A DNA stretch of 38,729 nt from Chloroflexota bacterium (lineage in GTDB: Bacteria; Chloroflexota; Limnocylindria; Limnocylindrales; CSP1-4): the NCBI GenBank assembly GCA_017881985.1, contig JADGQH010000002.1, forward strand, positions 1 to 38,729, written 5' to 3'. The translations under genes were made by a program, and so were the position numbers. Of this stretch, positions 9,321 to 18,942 are shown piece after piece. The notes under the pieces were generated by a model. That model was not told the DNA's origin. It did not search any database and worked only from the letters and a program-made list of their open reading frames with translations. How positions within the stretch are numbered: the first letter of the stretch is position 1; the number at the start of each line of letters is the position of its first letter.

Positions 9321-10177
9321 CGGCGGTCGGCGCCGATCGCAGCGCTCACGAGCAGGTCGACATCCTGGGTGGTGCGGGCACCGACCACGGCGCCGTCGGC
9401 CCCGGCGCCCCGCCAGCGCGCGGCCGTGCCGGCCGGATCCTCGATCCAGGGACTCGCCGCGAGCGATTCGCCCTTCCCGAGGTCGAACGCCGCGAGGATG
9501 CGCACGGTCGACCGGTCGCGGCCGACCCCGGAGAGCGCCTCGAGGTAGGCGGGGAGGTGCTCGGCGAGCAGAGCGGCCGGAACGGTCCAGCCGTCACCGA
9601 TCCGTCCCGCGAGCGCGGCGCCGGCCGCCGATTCGCCGCCGACGATGATCGGCGGGACCGGCTCCGGGACCGGGAACGCGAACGCCTCGCCGAGCGGGTA
9701 GAACGGCGACGCGCGCGTCACGGGGCCGCCGGTCCACAGCGCGCGGAGGACGGCCACGGCCTCCTCGAGCCGGGCGACGCGCTCGGGGGCGTCAGGGAAC
9801 GGGATCCCGTAGGCGAGATGCTCGGCTGGGTGGCCGCCGATGCCGATGCCGAGGACGAGTCGGCCGCCGCTCGCCTCCTGGAGCGTGGCCGCCATGCGGG
9901 CGACGACGGACGGCGGACGGTTCATCACGTTGAGCACGAACGTCATCAGGCGCAGCCGGCTCGTGCTCCCGGCGAGCGCCGCGAGCGTCGTCCAGCACTC
10001 GAGGACCGGGTCGCGCCGGGCGCCGCGGCTGACGAAGTGGTCCCAGATCGCGACACCCTCGTAACCGGCGGCCTCCAGGCGGAGCGCCTGCTCGCGGAAC
10101 CAGGCGTTCGAGACGCCGATCGCCCGGAGGTTGACGAAGACCGGGAACGGCGCCGGCGTTCCCGTGGCGGCGCTCAG
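9317..10177 (-). CDS. LLM-class (luciferase-like) flavin/F420-dependent oxidoreductase; start codon uncertain (CTG?)
   Basis: The homologous part of track ORF 9317..10660 starts near FPVFVNLRAIGV...AGYEGVAIWDHF...LGIGIGGHPAEH. The nominal start at 10660 would overlap about 480 nt of the upstream phosphorylase gene. The only start-like codon near the expected N-terminus is CTG at 10177, which forms a CTGA overlap. Confidence 0.8.
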   Translation of the reverse strand: MSAATGTPAPFPVFVNLRAIGVSNAWFREQALRLEAAGYEGVAIWDHFVSRGARRDPVLECWTTLAALAGSTSRLRLMTFVLNVMNRPPSVVARMAATLQEASGGRLVLGIGIGGHPAEHLAYGIPFPDAPERVARLEEAVAVLRALWTGGPVTRASPFYPLGEAFAFPVPEPVPPIIVGGESAAGAALAGRIGDGWTVPAALLAEHLPAYLEALSGVGRDRSTVRILAAFDLGKGESLAASPWIEDPAGTAARWRGAGADGAVVGARTTQDVDLLVSAAIGADRR

Positions 10178-10938
10178 AGCCCGGCCGTGACCGCCGGCGA
10201 GGTCGCCGCGGCCAGCGCGACCCGGAGCATCGTGGCGGTCCGCCGCTCCAGCTCGTCGAGCGGGAGGTACGAGTCCTCCGAGGTGACGTTCGGGCCCAGG
10301 ACGTCGCTCACGGTCAGGATCGTCGCCGCCCGGACGTCGTCTCCCGCCGCGTGTGCCCGCGCCGCGAGGTAGAAGAGCGCCGAGCTCTCCATCTCGAACC
10401 CCAGCACGCCCCGCGCCGCCCACCGGCTGAAGTAGTCGGCGTCGGGGTTGTAGAAGACGTCCACCGTGCAGACCAGCCCCACGTGGTACGCGGCACGCTC
10501 GGCCTCCGCGGCATCGACGAGCGCGCGCACCAGCCCGAAGTCGGCTGCCGGCGCGTACGGCTCGCCGTGGAGGAACGTGGCGGTCGTGCCGTCGAACGGC
10601 GCCGCCGCGGAGGCGATCACGATCTCGCCCGTGCGGATGCCCCGCCCGATGCCGCCGCACGTGCCCACGCGGATGAGCCGCCGCACGCCGAGCCGCAGCA
10701 GCTCCTCGACCACGATCGCCGCGGACGGCGCGCCCATCCCGGTGGTCTGGACGCTCACCGGCACCCCGCCGTACGTGCCGGTGTACCCGTAGAGCAGCCG
10801 GTGGTCGTTCACCTTCCGGGCGGCCGCGAGACCGCCGTCGAAGAGCGAGGCCATCGTCGTGGCGCGGTTCGGGTCTCCGGGCAGGAGGACGATGGGGGCG
10901 TAGTCGCCCGGCTCGGCGCGAAGGTGGATCTGCGGCAT
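10174..10938 (-). CDS. deoD: Purine nucleoside phosphorylase, DeoD type (nucleoside phosphorylase family 1)
   Basis: Track ORF 10174..11100. ATG 10938 ([26 protein letters not shown]) is preceded by AGGAG 9 nt upstream. [33 protein letters not shown] and [10 protein letters not shown] closely resemble DeoD. Confidence 0.85.
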   Translation of the reverse strand: MPQIHLRAEPGDYAPIVLLPGDPNRATTMASLFDGGLAAARKVNDHRLLYGYTGTYGGVPVSVQTTGMGAPSAAIVVEELLRLGVRRLIRVGTCGGIGRGIRTGEIVIASAAAPFDGTTATFLHGEPYAPAADFGLVRALVDAAEAERAAYHVGLVCTVDVFYNPDADYFSRWAARGVLGFEMESSALFYLAARAHAAGDDVRAATILTVSDVLGPNVTSEDSYLPLDELERRTATMLRVALAAATSPAVTAGL

Positions 10939-11089
10939 CGTGGCGGGCTCCTGGTGTGGTTCGGCGGGGGCGAGTGTACGGCCTCCGGGAAGGACCAGTG
11001 TGCGCGGTCGGGGCTCGCCGCCGGTCCGGTGATCCCCGGCGGCCCGCACGGCCAACGTCGACCTCTCTCTCGCACCCGATCGAGCGTAG

Positions 11090-11095
11090 TACGAT
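11090..11095 (+). promoter_or_regulatory. Candidate xylA -10 box TACGAT flanked by two CGATCG palindromes (11078-11083, 11092-11097)
   Basis: The sequence reads cCGATCGagcgtagTACGATCGcac in the 224-bp divergent deoD/xylA intergenic region. This is pattern-based only. Confidence 0.25.
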
Positions 11096-11162
11096 CGCAC
11101 GGGAGTCTCGCGGTCTCTATCTCGGGGCCGGGGCGGGTTGGGTTCGGCACAGGAGGATGGTC

Positions 11163-12518
11163 GTGAGCGAAGGGTTCTTCTCGGAGATCGCGGGGCACAT
11201 CCCGTTCGGCGGGCTCGATTCGACCGATCCCCTCTCGTTCAAGGTCTACGACCCGGATCGCCTCGTGCTCGGCAAGCGGATGGCGGATCATCTCCGGATC
11301 GGGGTCTGCTTCTGGCACTCGTTCGCCTGGGACGGGCGGGACATGTTCGGGTCGGGCACCCTCGACCGGCCATGGCTCGGCGCTCCCGGCGACCAGATGG
11401 CCGCCGCCCGGACGAAGATGGCCGCGGCGTTCGAGTTCTTCGCGAAGCTCGGCGTGCCGTACTACTGCTTCCACGACCGCGATGTCGCCCCCGACGGAGA
11501 CAGCTTCGCCGAGTTCCGGGCGAACCTCGACGCCCTCGTCGACGACGCCCTCGGCTACCAGGAGCGGACCGGCGCCCGCCTCCTGTGGGGCACCGCGAAC
11601 CTCTTCAGCCACCCGCGCTACCAGGCCGGCGCCGCCACCAACCCCGACCCCGAGGTCTTCGCCTACGCCGCCGCGCAGGTCAAGAACATGCTCGAGGTGA
11701 CCAAGCGCCTCGGCGGGACCAACTACGTGCTGTGGGGTGGACGCGAGGGCTACGACACGCTTCTCAACACGGACCTGCGCCGGGAGGGCGATCAGCTCGC
11801 CCGCTTCCTGCACCTGGTCGCCGAGCACAAGCACAAGATCGGGTTCGAGGGAACGCTCCTGATCGAGCCCAAGCCGATGGAACCGACGAAGCACCAGTAC
11901 GACTTCGACTCGGCGACCATCCACGGATTCCTCGTCCGCAACGGCCTCGACCGCGAGTACCGCCTGAACATCGAGGCCAACCACGCGACGCTCGCGGGAC
12001 ACAGCTTCCACCACGAGATCGCTTACGCCATGGCGAACGGGATGTTCGGCAGCATCGACGCCAACCGCGGCGACCCCCAGAACGGCTGGGACACCGACCA
12101 GTTCCCCAACTCGGTCGAGGACCTGGCGATGCCGCTCTACGAGATCCTGCGCGGCGGGGGCTTCACGACCGGCGGCTTCAACTTCGACGCGAAGCTCAGG
12201 CGACAGAGCATCTCCCGGACGGACCTCTTCCATGCCCACATCGGCGGGATCGACACCCTCGCCCGCGCGCTCCTGGCCGCCGCGACCATGCTCGAGCAGG
12301 GCACGCTCGCCGGGATGCTCGAGGAGCGATATGCCGGCTGGGAGGAGAACCTCGGGACCGCGATCCTCGGCGGCAGCGTGACCCTTGCCGATCTCGCCGC
12401 GAAGGTCGAGTCGGGAGAGATCGATCCGAAGCCCGTCAGCGGCCGCCAGGAGCTGCTCGAGAGCGTCGTCAACCAGGCGATCTGGTCGGTCGACAGGGCC
12501 TCCGGCACGGCGGGCTGA
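11163..12518 (+). CDS. xylA: Xylose isomerase, class II (long form)
   Basis: Track ORF 10956..12518. GTG 11163 lies 6 nt after AGGAGG; ATG 11157 is too close to the SD. Motifs include [59 protein letters not shown] and [12 protein letters not shown]. Confidence 0.93.
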   Translation: MSEGFFSEIAGHIPFGGLDSTDPLSFKVYDPDRLVLGKRMADHLRIGVCFWHSFAWDGRDMFGSGTLDRPWLGAPGDQMAAARTKMAAAFEFFAKLGVPYYCFHDRDVAPDGDSFAEFRANLDALVDDALGYQERTGARLLWGTANLFSHPRYQAGAATNPDPEVFAYAAAQVKNMLEVTKRLGGTNYVLWGGREGYDTLLNTDLRREGDQLARFLHLVAEHKHKIGFEGTLLIEPKPMEPTKHQYDFDSATIHGFLVRNGLDREYRLNIEANHATLAGHSFHHEIAYAMANGMFGSIDANRGDPQNGWDTDQFPNSVEDLAMPLYEILRGGGFTTGGFNFDAKLRRQSISRTDLFHAHIGGIDTLARALLAAATMLEQGTLAGMLEERYAGWEENLGTAILGGSVTLADLAAKVESGEIDPKPVSGRQELLESVVNQAIWSVDRASGTAG

Positions 12519-12524
12519 CCCGCG

Positions 12525-14009
12525 ATGGGCCACGTCCTGGGGATCGACGCCTCGACCACGGCGACGAAAGCCATCCTGGTCGACGGGGCAGGGGCCGTGA
12601 TCGGAGTGGGGGTCGCAAGCTACGGCTTCCACGTGCCGCGGCCACTCTGGAGCGAGCAGGAGCCGGCCCTCTGGTGGGACGGTGCGGTCGCGGCGATCCG
12701 GTCCGTGCTCGCCTCGACGGGCGTGCCGGCCGGCGACGTCGTCGCGATCGGCCTCACCGGCCAGATGCACGGCGCCGTCCTGCTCGACGGGGCGGGCGAG
12801 GTGCTGCGCCCGGCCATCCTGTGGAACGACCAGCGCACGGGCCCCGAGTGCGACGCAATCCGGCGGGCTGTCGGCGCCGAGCGCCTGGTGGAGATCACCG
12901 GCAACGACGCCCTCACCGGTTTCACGGCGCCCAAGCTGGTCTGGGTTCGCGATCACGAGCCGGAGGTCTGGCGACGGATCGCGCACGTGCTCCTCCCCAA
13001 GGACTACGTTCGCCTCCGGCTGACCGGCGAGTACGCCGTTGACAAGGCGGACGGCGCCGGCACGCTGCTGTTCGACCTGGCGGCCCGGGACTGGTCGCGC
13101 GAGGTCCTCGACGCCCTCGAGATCGATCCGGCCTGGATGCCGAGGACCTGGGAAGGCCCGGAGGTCACGGGGGTCGTTTCCGGCGAGGCGGCCGCAATCA
13201 CCGGCCTGCGACCCGGGACGCCGGTCGTGGCCGGCGGCGGCGACCAGGCGGCGAACGCCGTGGGTGTCGGCGCGGTGGCCCCCGGCACGATGGCGCTCTC
13301 GCTCGGCACGTCCGGCGTCGTCTTTGCGACGACCGACCGGCCCCTCTTCGAGCCGCACGGGCGCGTCCATGCCTTCTGCCATGCCGTCCCCGGGCGCTGG
13401 CACTTCATGTCCGTGATGCTCTCTGCGGCCGGCAGCCTGCGCTGGTTCCGGGACGCGCTGGCGCCCGAGGCGGAATTCGCCGACCTGGTCGCGATCGCGG
13501 GCGACGTGCCCGTCGGCAGCGAGGGGCTGTTCTTCCTTCCCTACCTGTCCGGCGAGCGCAGCCCGCACCCGGATCCGCTCGCGCGTGGCGCGTTCGTCGG
13601 GCTGACACTCGTCCACGATCGGCGGCATCTGACCCGGGCAGTTCTCGAGGGCGTCGCGTTCGGCCTGCGCGACGGACTCGACCTCATGGTCGAGGCCGGC
13701 ATGCCCGCCCCGGCCCAGATCAGGGCGTCGGGCGGCGGAACGGTGAGCCCGCTCTGGCGCCAGATCCTCGCGGACGTCCTGGAGGCCGAGATCGCGACGG
13801 TCAACACGTCAGAGGGCGCTGCCTACGGCGCGGCCCTCCTGGCAATGGTCGGCGCCGGCTGGTTCGCGACGGTCGAGGCCGCCGCCGCGGCGCTCGTCAC
13901 CGCGACACCCACGGCCGCGCCCGGCCCGGATGCCGGAGCCTACCGCGAGGCGCACGCGATCTATCGGGATCTGTACCCGGCCCTGGCCCCGACGTTCCAC
14001 CGGCTGTAG
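12525..14009 (+). CDS. xylB: Xylulokinase (FGGY family)
   Basis: Track ORF of 494 aa. Motifs include [51 protein letters not shown] and [13 protein letters not shown]. It lies directly downstream of xylA. Confidence 0.92.
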   Translation: MGHVLGIDASTTATKAILVDGAGAVIGVGVASYGFHVPRPLWSEQEPALWWDGAVAAIRSVLASTGVPAGDVVAIGLTGQMHGAVLLDGAGEVLRPAILWNDQRTGPECDAIRRAVGAERLVEITGNDALTGFTAPKLVWVRDHEPEVWRRIAHVLLPKDYVRLRLTGEYAVDKADGAGTLLFDLAARDWSREVLDALEIDPAWMPRTWEGPEVTGVVSGEAAAITGLRPGTPVVAGGGDQAANAVGVGAVAPGTMALSLGTSGVVFATTDRPLFEPHGRVHAFCHAVPGRWHFMSVMLSAAGSLRWFRDALAPEAEFADLVAIAGDVPVGSEGLFFLPYLSGERSPHPDPLARGAFVGLTLVHDRRHLTRAVLEGVAFGLRDGLDLMVEAGMPAPAQIRASGGGTVSPLWRQILADVLEAEIATVNTSEGAAYGAALLAMVGAGWFATVEAAAAALVTATPTAAPGPDAGAYREAHAIYRDLYPALAPTFHRL

Positions 14010-14120
14010 CCCGGGGCCCCGCGGGCGAATCGACGGCCGCCGGAGTCTGGCCCGGCGCGCCCCTTCAACCCGCCGGTTCGCGCGCCGACCGACGTGCGGG
14101 CCCCGGACGCCGGCCCAGCG

Positions 14121-14957
14121 TCAACGATGGAGCTCGGCCAGGTCCTTCTCCGAGACCTCGCTCGGGAGCTTGCCCATGATGATCATGGCCAGGACCTCGT
14201 CGGTCGTGACGTCTGCCTTGCGGACGGTCCCGACCAGCTTCCCGTGGAGCATCACGCTGATACGGTCCGACAGGTCGAACACGTCGTGGATGTCGTGGCT
14301 GATCAGGAAGATGCCGATTCCGTCGTCCTTGAGCTGCTTGACGAGCGTGCGAACCTGGGCCGTCTCCGCGGGACCGAGCGCGGCCGTGGGCTCGTCCATG
14401 ATCAGGATGCGAGCGTTGAAGTGGACGGCGCGGGCGATGGCCACGGACTGGCGCTGGCCGCCGGAGAGCGACATCACCGGCCGCTTGAATGCCTTGAACC
14501 GCGGGTTGAGGCGGCCGATCACCTTGCGGGTCGCCGATTCCATGGCGTCGTCGTCAAGGCTGCCGGTTCGCGTCTTCAGCTCGCGACCCAGGAACATGTT
14601 GCCGGCGGCATCGATGTTGTCGGCGAGGGCCAGCGTCTGGTAGATCGTCTCGATGCCCAGCGCCTTTGCGTCGCGCGGGTTCGTGATCGAGGCGACCTGG
14701 CCGTCGATCAGGATCTCCCCGCCGTCGGGTGGATGCGCCCCCGAGAGCGCCCGCATGAGGGTGGACTTGCCGGCGCCGTTGCCGCCGACGAGGCCCACGA
14801 CCTCACCTGCGCGCAGGTCGACCGTCACGCCCTCGACCGCGTGGACGCCGCCGAACGCGATGCGGATATTGCGCATCTCGACGAGCGGTGCACCGAGCGG
14901 CGCAGCCGCCGAATCGACCCCCGCGACCTTCTCGGTGCTCATTGCGCCCTCGCTCAT
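14121..14957 (-). CDS. Sugar ABC transporter ATP-binding protein (single NBD), xylose-locus associated
   Basis: Track ORF of 278 aa. It has Walker [10 protein letters not shown], signature LSGGQRQ and Walker [12 protein letters not shown]. The ATG start overlaps the permease stop (ATGA). Confidence 0.9.
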   Translation of the reverse strand: MSEGAMSTEKVAGVDSAAAPLGAPLVEMRNIRIAFGGVHAVEGVTVDLRAGEVVGLVGGNGAGKSTLMRALSGAHPPDGGEILIDGQVASITNPRDAKALGIETIYQTLALADNIDAAGNMFLGRELKTRTGSLDDDAMESATRKVIGRLNPRFKAFKRPVMSLSGGQRQSVAIARAVHFNARILIMDEPTAALGPAETAQVRTLVKQLKDDGIGIFLISHDIHDVFDLSDRISVMLHGKLVGTVRKADVTTDEVLAMIIMGKLPSEVSEKDLAELHR

Positions 14958-16303
14958 CGTGCGCTCCGCCCGCGGACGTACGTGTCGAAGGCGATCGCCG
15001 AGACGAGCACCACGCCGACCACGATGTCCTGGATCGGCGAATCGACCCTGAGCAGCAGCATCCCGGACCGCAGCGACTGCATGACCACGGCGCCCAGGAC
15101 GGCGCCGGGGATCGTCCCGATGCCACCCGAGAATGATGTGCCGCCGATGACGGCCGCGGCGATCACATCGAGCTCCGCCTGCGTCCCGAGGCTGGTGACC
15201 GCGGCCTGGAGTCGCGCCGACTGCACCGCGCCGCTGATGGCGGCAAGGATGCCGATCAGGACGAACGTCAGCATGATGGTGCGGCGGACGTTGATGCCGC
15301 CCAGCTCGGCAGCGTCAGGATTGCCGCCGATCGCGAACACGTACCGCCCGAACCGGCGGCGCGTGGTGATGTACGTCATCACGAGGGTGACCGCGATCAG
15401 GATGATCACCGGGAAGGCGATGCCGGTCGCGATCTGGAGTCCACCGGGCGGCGCGGTGATGCCGTGGTCGTGCGCGTACTGCGTGGCGAGCCCGGGCGGC
15501 CACGCGTAGCTGTTCATGATCCAGACAAAGCCGAGGATGGCGAGGCAGCCAAGCGCCATGAGGACGCCGAGGGCCCACGTCGGGCGCACGGGGAACCCGT
15601 ACTTCCGCCGCTTCCGGCGCGTCGCGATGAGCGTATAGATGATGCCGGCACAGGCGAGAATGCCCAGGATCCAGCTCGCCACATCGCCAAGGGATGCGGT
15701 TGGGCTGCCTCCGAGCAGCTGGAACGTCTTGTCGAGCGGCGAGATCGTCTGGCCCTGCTGCTCTTCGAAGACGAGGCCGCGCCAGACGAGCAGGCCGCCG
15801 AGGGTGACGATGAACGCCGGCACCTTGCCGTACGCGATGAGGAAGCCCTGGAAGGCGCCGATCGCGGCCCCGAGCGCGATCCCGATCGCCAGGGCAATGA
15901 TCCAGGTGTAGGGCTGGTCGAACCCGAGCCCGAGCGACTTGGGGATCCAGATGACCTGGACCATCGCCATCGTGTAGCCGGTCAACCCGAGGATCGAGCC
16001 GATCGACAGGTCGATGTTGCGCGACACGATGATCAGGACCATGCCGGTGGCCATGATCCCGACAGAGACGCTCTGCTGGGCCAGGTTGTAGAGGTTGACG
16101 GGCGTGAGGAACGTCCCTGAGAAGATGTCGTGCTTGGGACCGGTCAGGCCCGACAGGATCTGGAAGCCGATCCAGATGACCGCCAGGGCGCCGACCATGC
16201 CGAGCAGGCGCGTGTCGAGATTCAGGGCTTGCAGCAGCCCGCGCGGGGAGCGCGGCGGCTGCTCGCGGGTTGACTCCGGGACCGTGCCTGTCGCCTCAGT
16301 CAT
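14954..16303 (-). CDS. xylH: Sugar (xylose-type) ABC transporter permease
   Basis: Track ORF of 449 aa. It is a multi-TM protein with an XylH/branched-chain-type permease look. ATG 16303 has GAGG upstream. It sits between the xylF-like SBP gene and the ATPase gene. Confidence 0.88.
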   Translation of the reverse strand: MTEATGTVPESTREQPPRSPRGLLQALNLDTRLLGMVGALAVIWIGFQILSGLTGPKHDIFSGTFLTPVNLYNLAQQSVSVGIMATGMVLIIVSRNIDLSIGSILGLTGYTMAMVQVIWIPKSLGLGFDQPYTWIIALAIGIALGAAIGAFQGFLIAYGKVPAFIVTLGGLLVWRGLVFEEQQGQTISPLDKTFQLLGGSPTASLGDVASWILGILACAGIIYTLIATRRKRRKYGFPVRPTWALGVLMALGCLAILGFVWIMNSYAWPPGLATQYAHDHGITAPPGGLQIATGIAFPVIILIAVTLVMTYITTRRRFGRYVFAIGGNPDAAELGGINVRRTIMLTFVLIGILAAISGAVQSARLQAAVTSLGTQAELDVIAAAVIGGTSFSGGIGTIPGAVLGAVVMQSLRSGMLLLRVDSPIQDIVVGVVLVSAIAFDTYVRGRSAR

Positions 16304-16338
16304 CGCCGAGCCTCATCTGGCCGTGGATGGGTGTGGGA

Positions 16339-16372
16339 GCGCCCCGCCCCCGGCATGCCGCGGGCGGGGCGC
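16339..16372 (-). promoter_or_regulatory. Intercistronic GC-rich stem-loop between the SBP and permease genes
   Basis: A perfect 11-bp stem, gcgccccgccc (16339-16349) paired with gggcggggcgc (16362-16372). The 12-nt loop is itself partly self-complementary (cggcatgccg). Confidence 0.5.
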
Positions 16373-16398
16373 ATCAAGCGCGAGTGACCGTCAGCCCA

Positions 16399-17553
16399 CT
16401 AGTTGCAGGCGGCGACCGAACCCGCCTTGACGCCCTGGCACAGCGTGGCCTTGTCGATCCACTTTGCGTCGAGGACGACGTTCAGGTTGTCCTTGGTGAT
16501 CGCCTGCGGCGTCAGCAGCTGGGAGGTCAGCGTGTTGCCGCCGGGGCTGGTGAACGGCGCGGTGCCGGCCACCTTGGTGATGTCGGGGTTGGCGCACAGC
16601 TGGACCGCGGCATCGCCGGCGGCCTTGCCGAGCAGGCGGGCATCCTTCCAGACGTCGACCGTCTGGGTGCCGAGAGCGATCCGGTTGAGAGCCGGGAGGT
16701 CGCCATCCTGGCCGGAGACCGGGACAGTGCCCGCGAGGCCGACGGCCTTGAGGGCGGCGACGACGCCGCCGGCCATGCCGTCGTTCTCGGAGATGACGGC
16801 GTCAATCTTGTTGTTGTTCGCCGTCAGGATCTGCTCCATCTCCTTCTGGGCGTTGGCGGGATCCCAGTTGTCGGTGTACGTCTCGCCGACGATGACGATC
16901 TTGCCGGCCGGGTCGGTCTTGCCGACGTCGGGGACGCCAGCCTCGACCATGCCGCTCCGCAGGAAGTCGGCGTTGGCGTCAGCCTTGTTGCCCTTGATGA
17001 TCGCGAAGTTCCCGCTCGCCTTGGCCGCGAGAACCGCCGTCGCCTGGAGCTTGCCCACGAGCTTGTTGTCGAACGTGAGGTAGAGGGCCTTCGGGTCTTC
17101 GATCAGGCGGTCGTACGCGATGACCGGCACGCCCGCGGCGAGGGCCTTGGTGACGGACGGCTTGATGGCCGTTCCATCCTGGGCCAGGATGATGATGACC
17201 TTGGCGCCCTGGCTGATCAGGTTGTCGACGTTGTTCGCCTGCGTCTCGGCCGACGACTTTGCGTCATTCGAGATGTAGGTCGCCCCGCCGGCCGTCAGCG
17301 CGGCCTTGATGGCCGGCTCGTCCCACTTCGCCCAGCGCTCCTCCTGGTAGTTGTTCCACGAGACGCCGACGACGCAGCCGGCCGTTGCCGCGCTCGCCGC
17401 TGCGCTCGCCGCCGCGCTCGCCGCCGCGCTCGGTGCCGCGGCGCTTGCCGCGGCGCTCGCCGCTGCGCTCGGCGCCGGGGTGCTCGACCCCGAGCATGCC
17501 GCGAACAGGATCGCGGCCACGCCGGCCAACGAGGCCAGTCTCCGATTCACCAT
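16399..17553 (-). CDS. xylF: D-xylose ABC transporter substrate-binding lipoprotein
   Basis: Track ORF 16399..17592. ATG 17553 (MVNRRLASLAGVAAILFAAC) is preceded by GGAGGAG. It has a lipobox FAAC. The body resembles XylF (VSWNNYQEERW, VIAYDRLIEDPKALYLTFDNKLVGKLQA). Confidence 0.88.
   Translation of the reverse strand: MVNRRLASLAGVAAILFAACSGSSTPAPSAAASAAASAAAPSAAASAAASAAASAATAGCVVGVSWNNYQEERWAKWDEPAIKAALTAGGATYISNDAKSSAETQANNVDNLISQGAKVIIILAQDGTAIKPSVTKALAAGVPVIAYDRLIEDPKALYLTFDNKLVGKLQATAVLAAKASGNFAIIKGNKADANADFLRSGMVEAGVPDVGKTDPAGKIVIVGETYTDNWDPANAQKEMEQILTANNNKIDAVISENDGMAGGVVAALKAVGLAGTVPVSGQDGDLPALNRIALGTQTVDVWKDARLLGKAAGDAAVQLCANPDITKVAGTAPFTSPGGNTLTSQLLTPQAITKDNLNVVLDAKWIDKATLCQGVKAGSVAACN
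17385..17472 (-). repeat. 12-bp coding microsatellite, (AGCGCNGCGGCG)n, giving a (SAAA)7 lipoprotein linker
   Basis: The protein reads PSAAASAAASAAAPSAAASAAASAAASAAT directly after the lipobox Cys. Coordinates are approximate to within a few nt. Confidence 0.8.
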
Positions 17554-17609
17554 TGTGCTGACTCCTCCTTTGGACATGTCACACCGATCCACGGCTGATG
17601 TCCGGCGCT

Positions 17610-17618
17610 AGGCTACCA
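17610..17618 (-). promoter_or_regulatory. Candidate extended -10 (TGgTAGCCT) for xylF-xylH-ATPase
   Basis: The minus strand reads ggTGgTAGCCTagc about 55 nt upstream of the xylF ATG. A possible -35 TCGAAA lies 17 nt upstream. Confidence 0.3.
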
Positions 17619-17666
17619 CCACCTCGCCACGTTTTCGATTGGTGCAATTCTCCATTCGCCTCCCGT

Positions 17667-18926
17667 CTACGCGCTCTTGAGTTCGGGGAGCGTGTCCCGC
17701 GGCCTGACCCACTGCGCCGGGTCCGCGAGCAGCGGCTCCAGGGCCAGCTCGGCGGCTCCGAGAAGCGGTGCGTCGACCCCGAGCGATGTCGGGATCACCG
17801 TGACCAGCGAACGAGCAGCCGGCAGCGTGCGGCGGTCGAGCTCGGCATGGAGCGCTCGGGTGACGAACGGATACATCCGGCCAAATCGACCGCCCAGCAC
17901 GATGAGCTGCGGGTTCAACAGGTTGACAAGGCTCGCGAGGCCGAAACCAAGCCAGGTCCCCACGTGATCGAGGGCTGCCTGCGCCGTCGCGGAGCCCGCT
18001 GCCGCCTCGCGCAGCACCGTGTCGACGGCGGCGCGGCCGCCACCCGGCATCAGGCCGGCGCGCACGAGCAGGGCGTCCTCGCCGACCTCCGTCTCCCAGC
18101 AACCCACCGACCCACATCGGCACGGGGCGCCTTCCGGGTTCACCGGCATATGGCCCACCTCGCCGGCGTACCCGGCGATACCCGTCAGCGGCCGACCGCC
18201 GACGATCACGCCCCCACCGACGCCGACCTCGCCCGAGATGTAGACGAGGTCGTCGGCGCCGACGGCCGCGCCGCGCCGCAGCTCCGCGAGCGTCCCGAGA
18301 TCCGCCTCGTTGGCGACCGAGATCGGCACGGACAGGTCGAGCGCCCGGGCAAGCCGCTCGCCGAGCGGGATGTCCCGCCAGCCGAGATTCGGCGCCATCG
18401 AGACAACGCCGTCGCTCCTCCGGACCACGCCCACGACGGCCACCCCGATCCCGACCACCGGTTCGGCTGCGGGGCGCCGGCCCAGGACCGTGCGGGCGAG
18501 CCCCGTCAGGTCGGCCGCGATCTCGTCGACGCTCGAATGCTCACGCGACCGCTCGATCCGGACGCGCGCCAGGGTCCTGCCGCCGAGCCCGACGATCGCC
18601 GCGGCAAGCGAGTCCACGGCAATGTCGAGGGCCACCACAACGGCGCTCCCCGCCACGAGTTGGACGACCGGCGACGGCCGACCCGGCGTGCCCAGCCTCG
18701 TGGCCGGCCCTTCTGCCGCGAGGCCGGCGTGGACAAGCTCGCCCACGAGGCTGCGGATCGCGCTCCGGGTGAGGCCCGTCCGTGCGACCAGCTCCGAACG
18801 TGAGAGAGCCCCGTGAGCGTGGAGCTCACGGACGATCGCCCCGAGGTTCGCCCGGCGCACGGTCTCGCTGCGCTGCCCGATCTCGACCGGTCCGACTGTC
18901 ACAGAGTTTGTGTTCCTCTCCACCAA
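17667..18926 (-). CDS. ROK-family transcriptional regulator (XylR-like repressor)
   Basis: Track ORF of 419 aa with a TTG start at 18926; GTG 18923 or GTG 18899 are alternatives. It has an N-terminal wHTH (RRANLGAIVRELHAHGALSRSELVARTGLTRSAIRSLVGELV) and a ROK sugar-kinase-like body with the Zn motif CRCGSVGCWE. Confidence 0.88.
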   Translation of the reverse strand: MVERNTNSVTVGPVEIGQRSETVRRANLGAIVRELHAHGALSRSELVARTGLTRSAIRSLVGELVHAGLAAEGPATRLGTPGRPSPVVQLVAGSAVVVALDIAVDSLAAAIVGLGGRTLARVRIERSREHSSVDEIAADLTGLARTVLGRRPAAEPVVGIGVAVVGVVRRSDGVVSMAPNLGWRDIPLGERLARALDLSVPISVANEADLGTLAELRRGAAVGADDLVYISGEVGVGGGVIVGGRPLTGIAGYAGEVGHMPVNPEGAPCRCGSVGCWETEVGEDALLVRAGLMPGGGRAAVDTVLREAAAGSATAQAALDHVGTWLGFGLASLVNLLNPQLIVLGGRFGRMYPFVTRALHAELDRRTLPAARSLVTVIPTSLGVDAPLLGAAELALEPLLADPAQWVRPRDTLPELKSA

Positions 18927-18933
18927 ATCTGCG

Positions 18934-18942
18934 TGGTAGGCT
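18934..18942 (+). promoter_or_regulatory. Candidate extended -10 (TGgTAGGCT) for the Gfo/Idh/MocA operon
   Basis: The sequence reads gcgTGgTAGGCTcg in the divergent ROK/Gfo intergenic region, about 95 nt upstream of ATG 19036. Confidence 0.3.

Noticed and set aside
8053-9648. 531-aa plus-strand ORF across the IMPase/Zn-ribbon/LLM region
   Set aside because: It is antisense to three coupled genes with recognisable motifs and has low-complexity composition.
10809-13628. 939-aa minus-strand ORF antisense to xylA/xylB
   Set aside because: It has the same low-complexity, stop-free antisense character. xylA and xylB on the plus strand are clearly real.
14010-14120. Searched the convergent xylB / ATPase gap for a bidirectional terminator
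   Set aside because: Only weak 5-6-bp stems were found, which is not enough to call a feature.
14121-14957. Single-NBD (278 aa) ATPase in a xylose-type CUT2 transporter, where E. coli XylG has two fused NBDs
   Set aside because: Single-NBD ATPases are known for this transporter class (FrcA-type), so this is a variant and not a novelty. There is no sign of truncation.
17385-17472. Regular short repeats that could superficially suggest a repeat array or CRISPR
   Set aside because: The 12-bp units are contiguous with no spacers, in-frame and coding (SAAA linker of a lipoprotein). This is not a CRISPR array.
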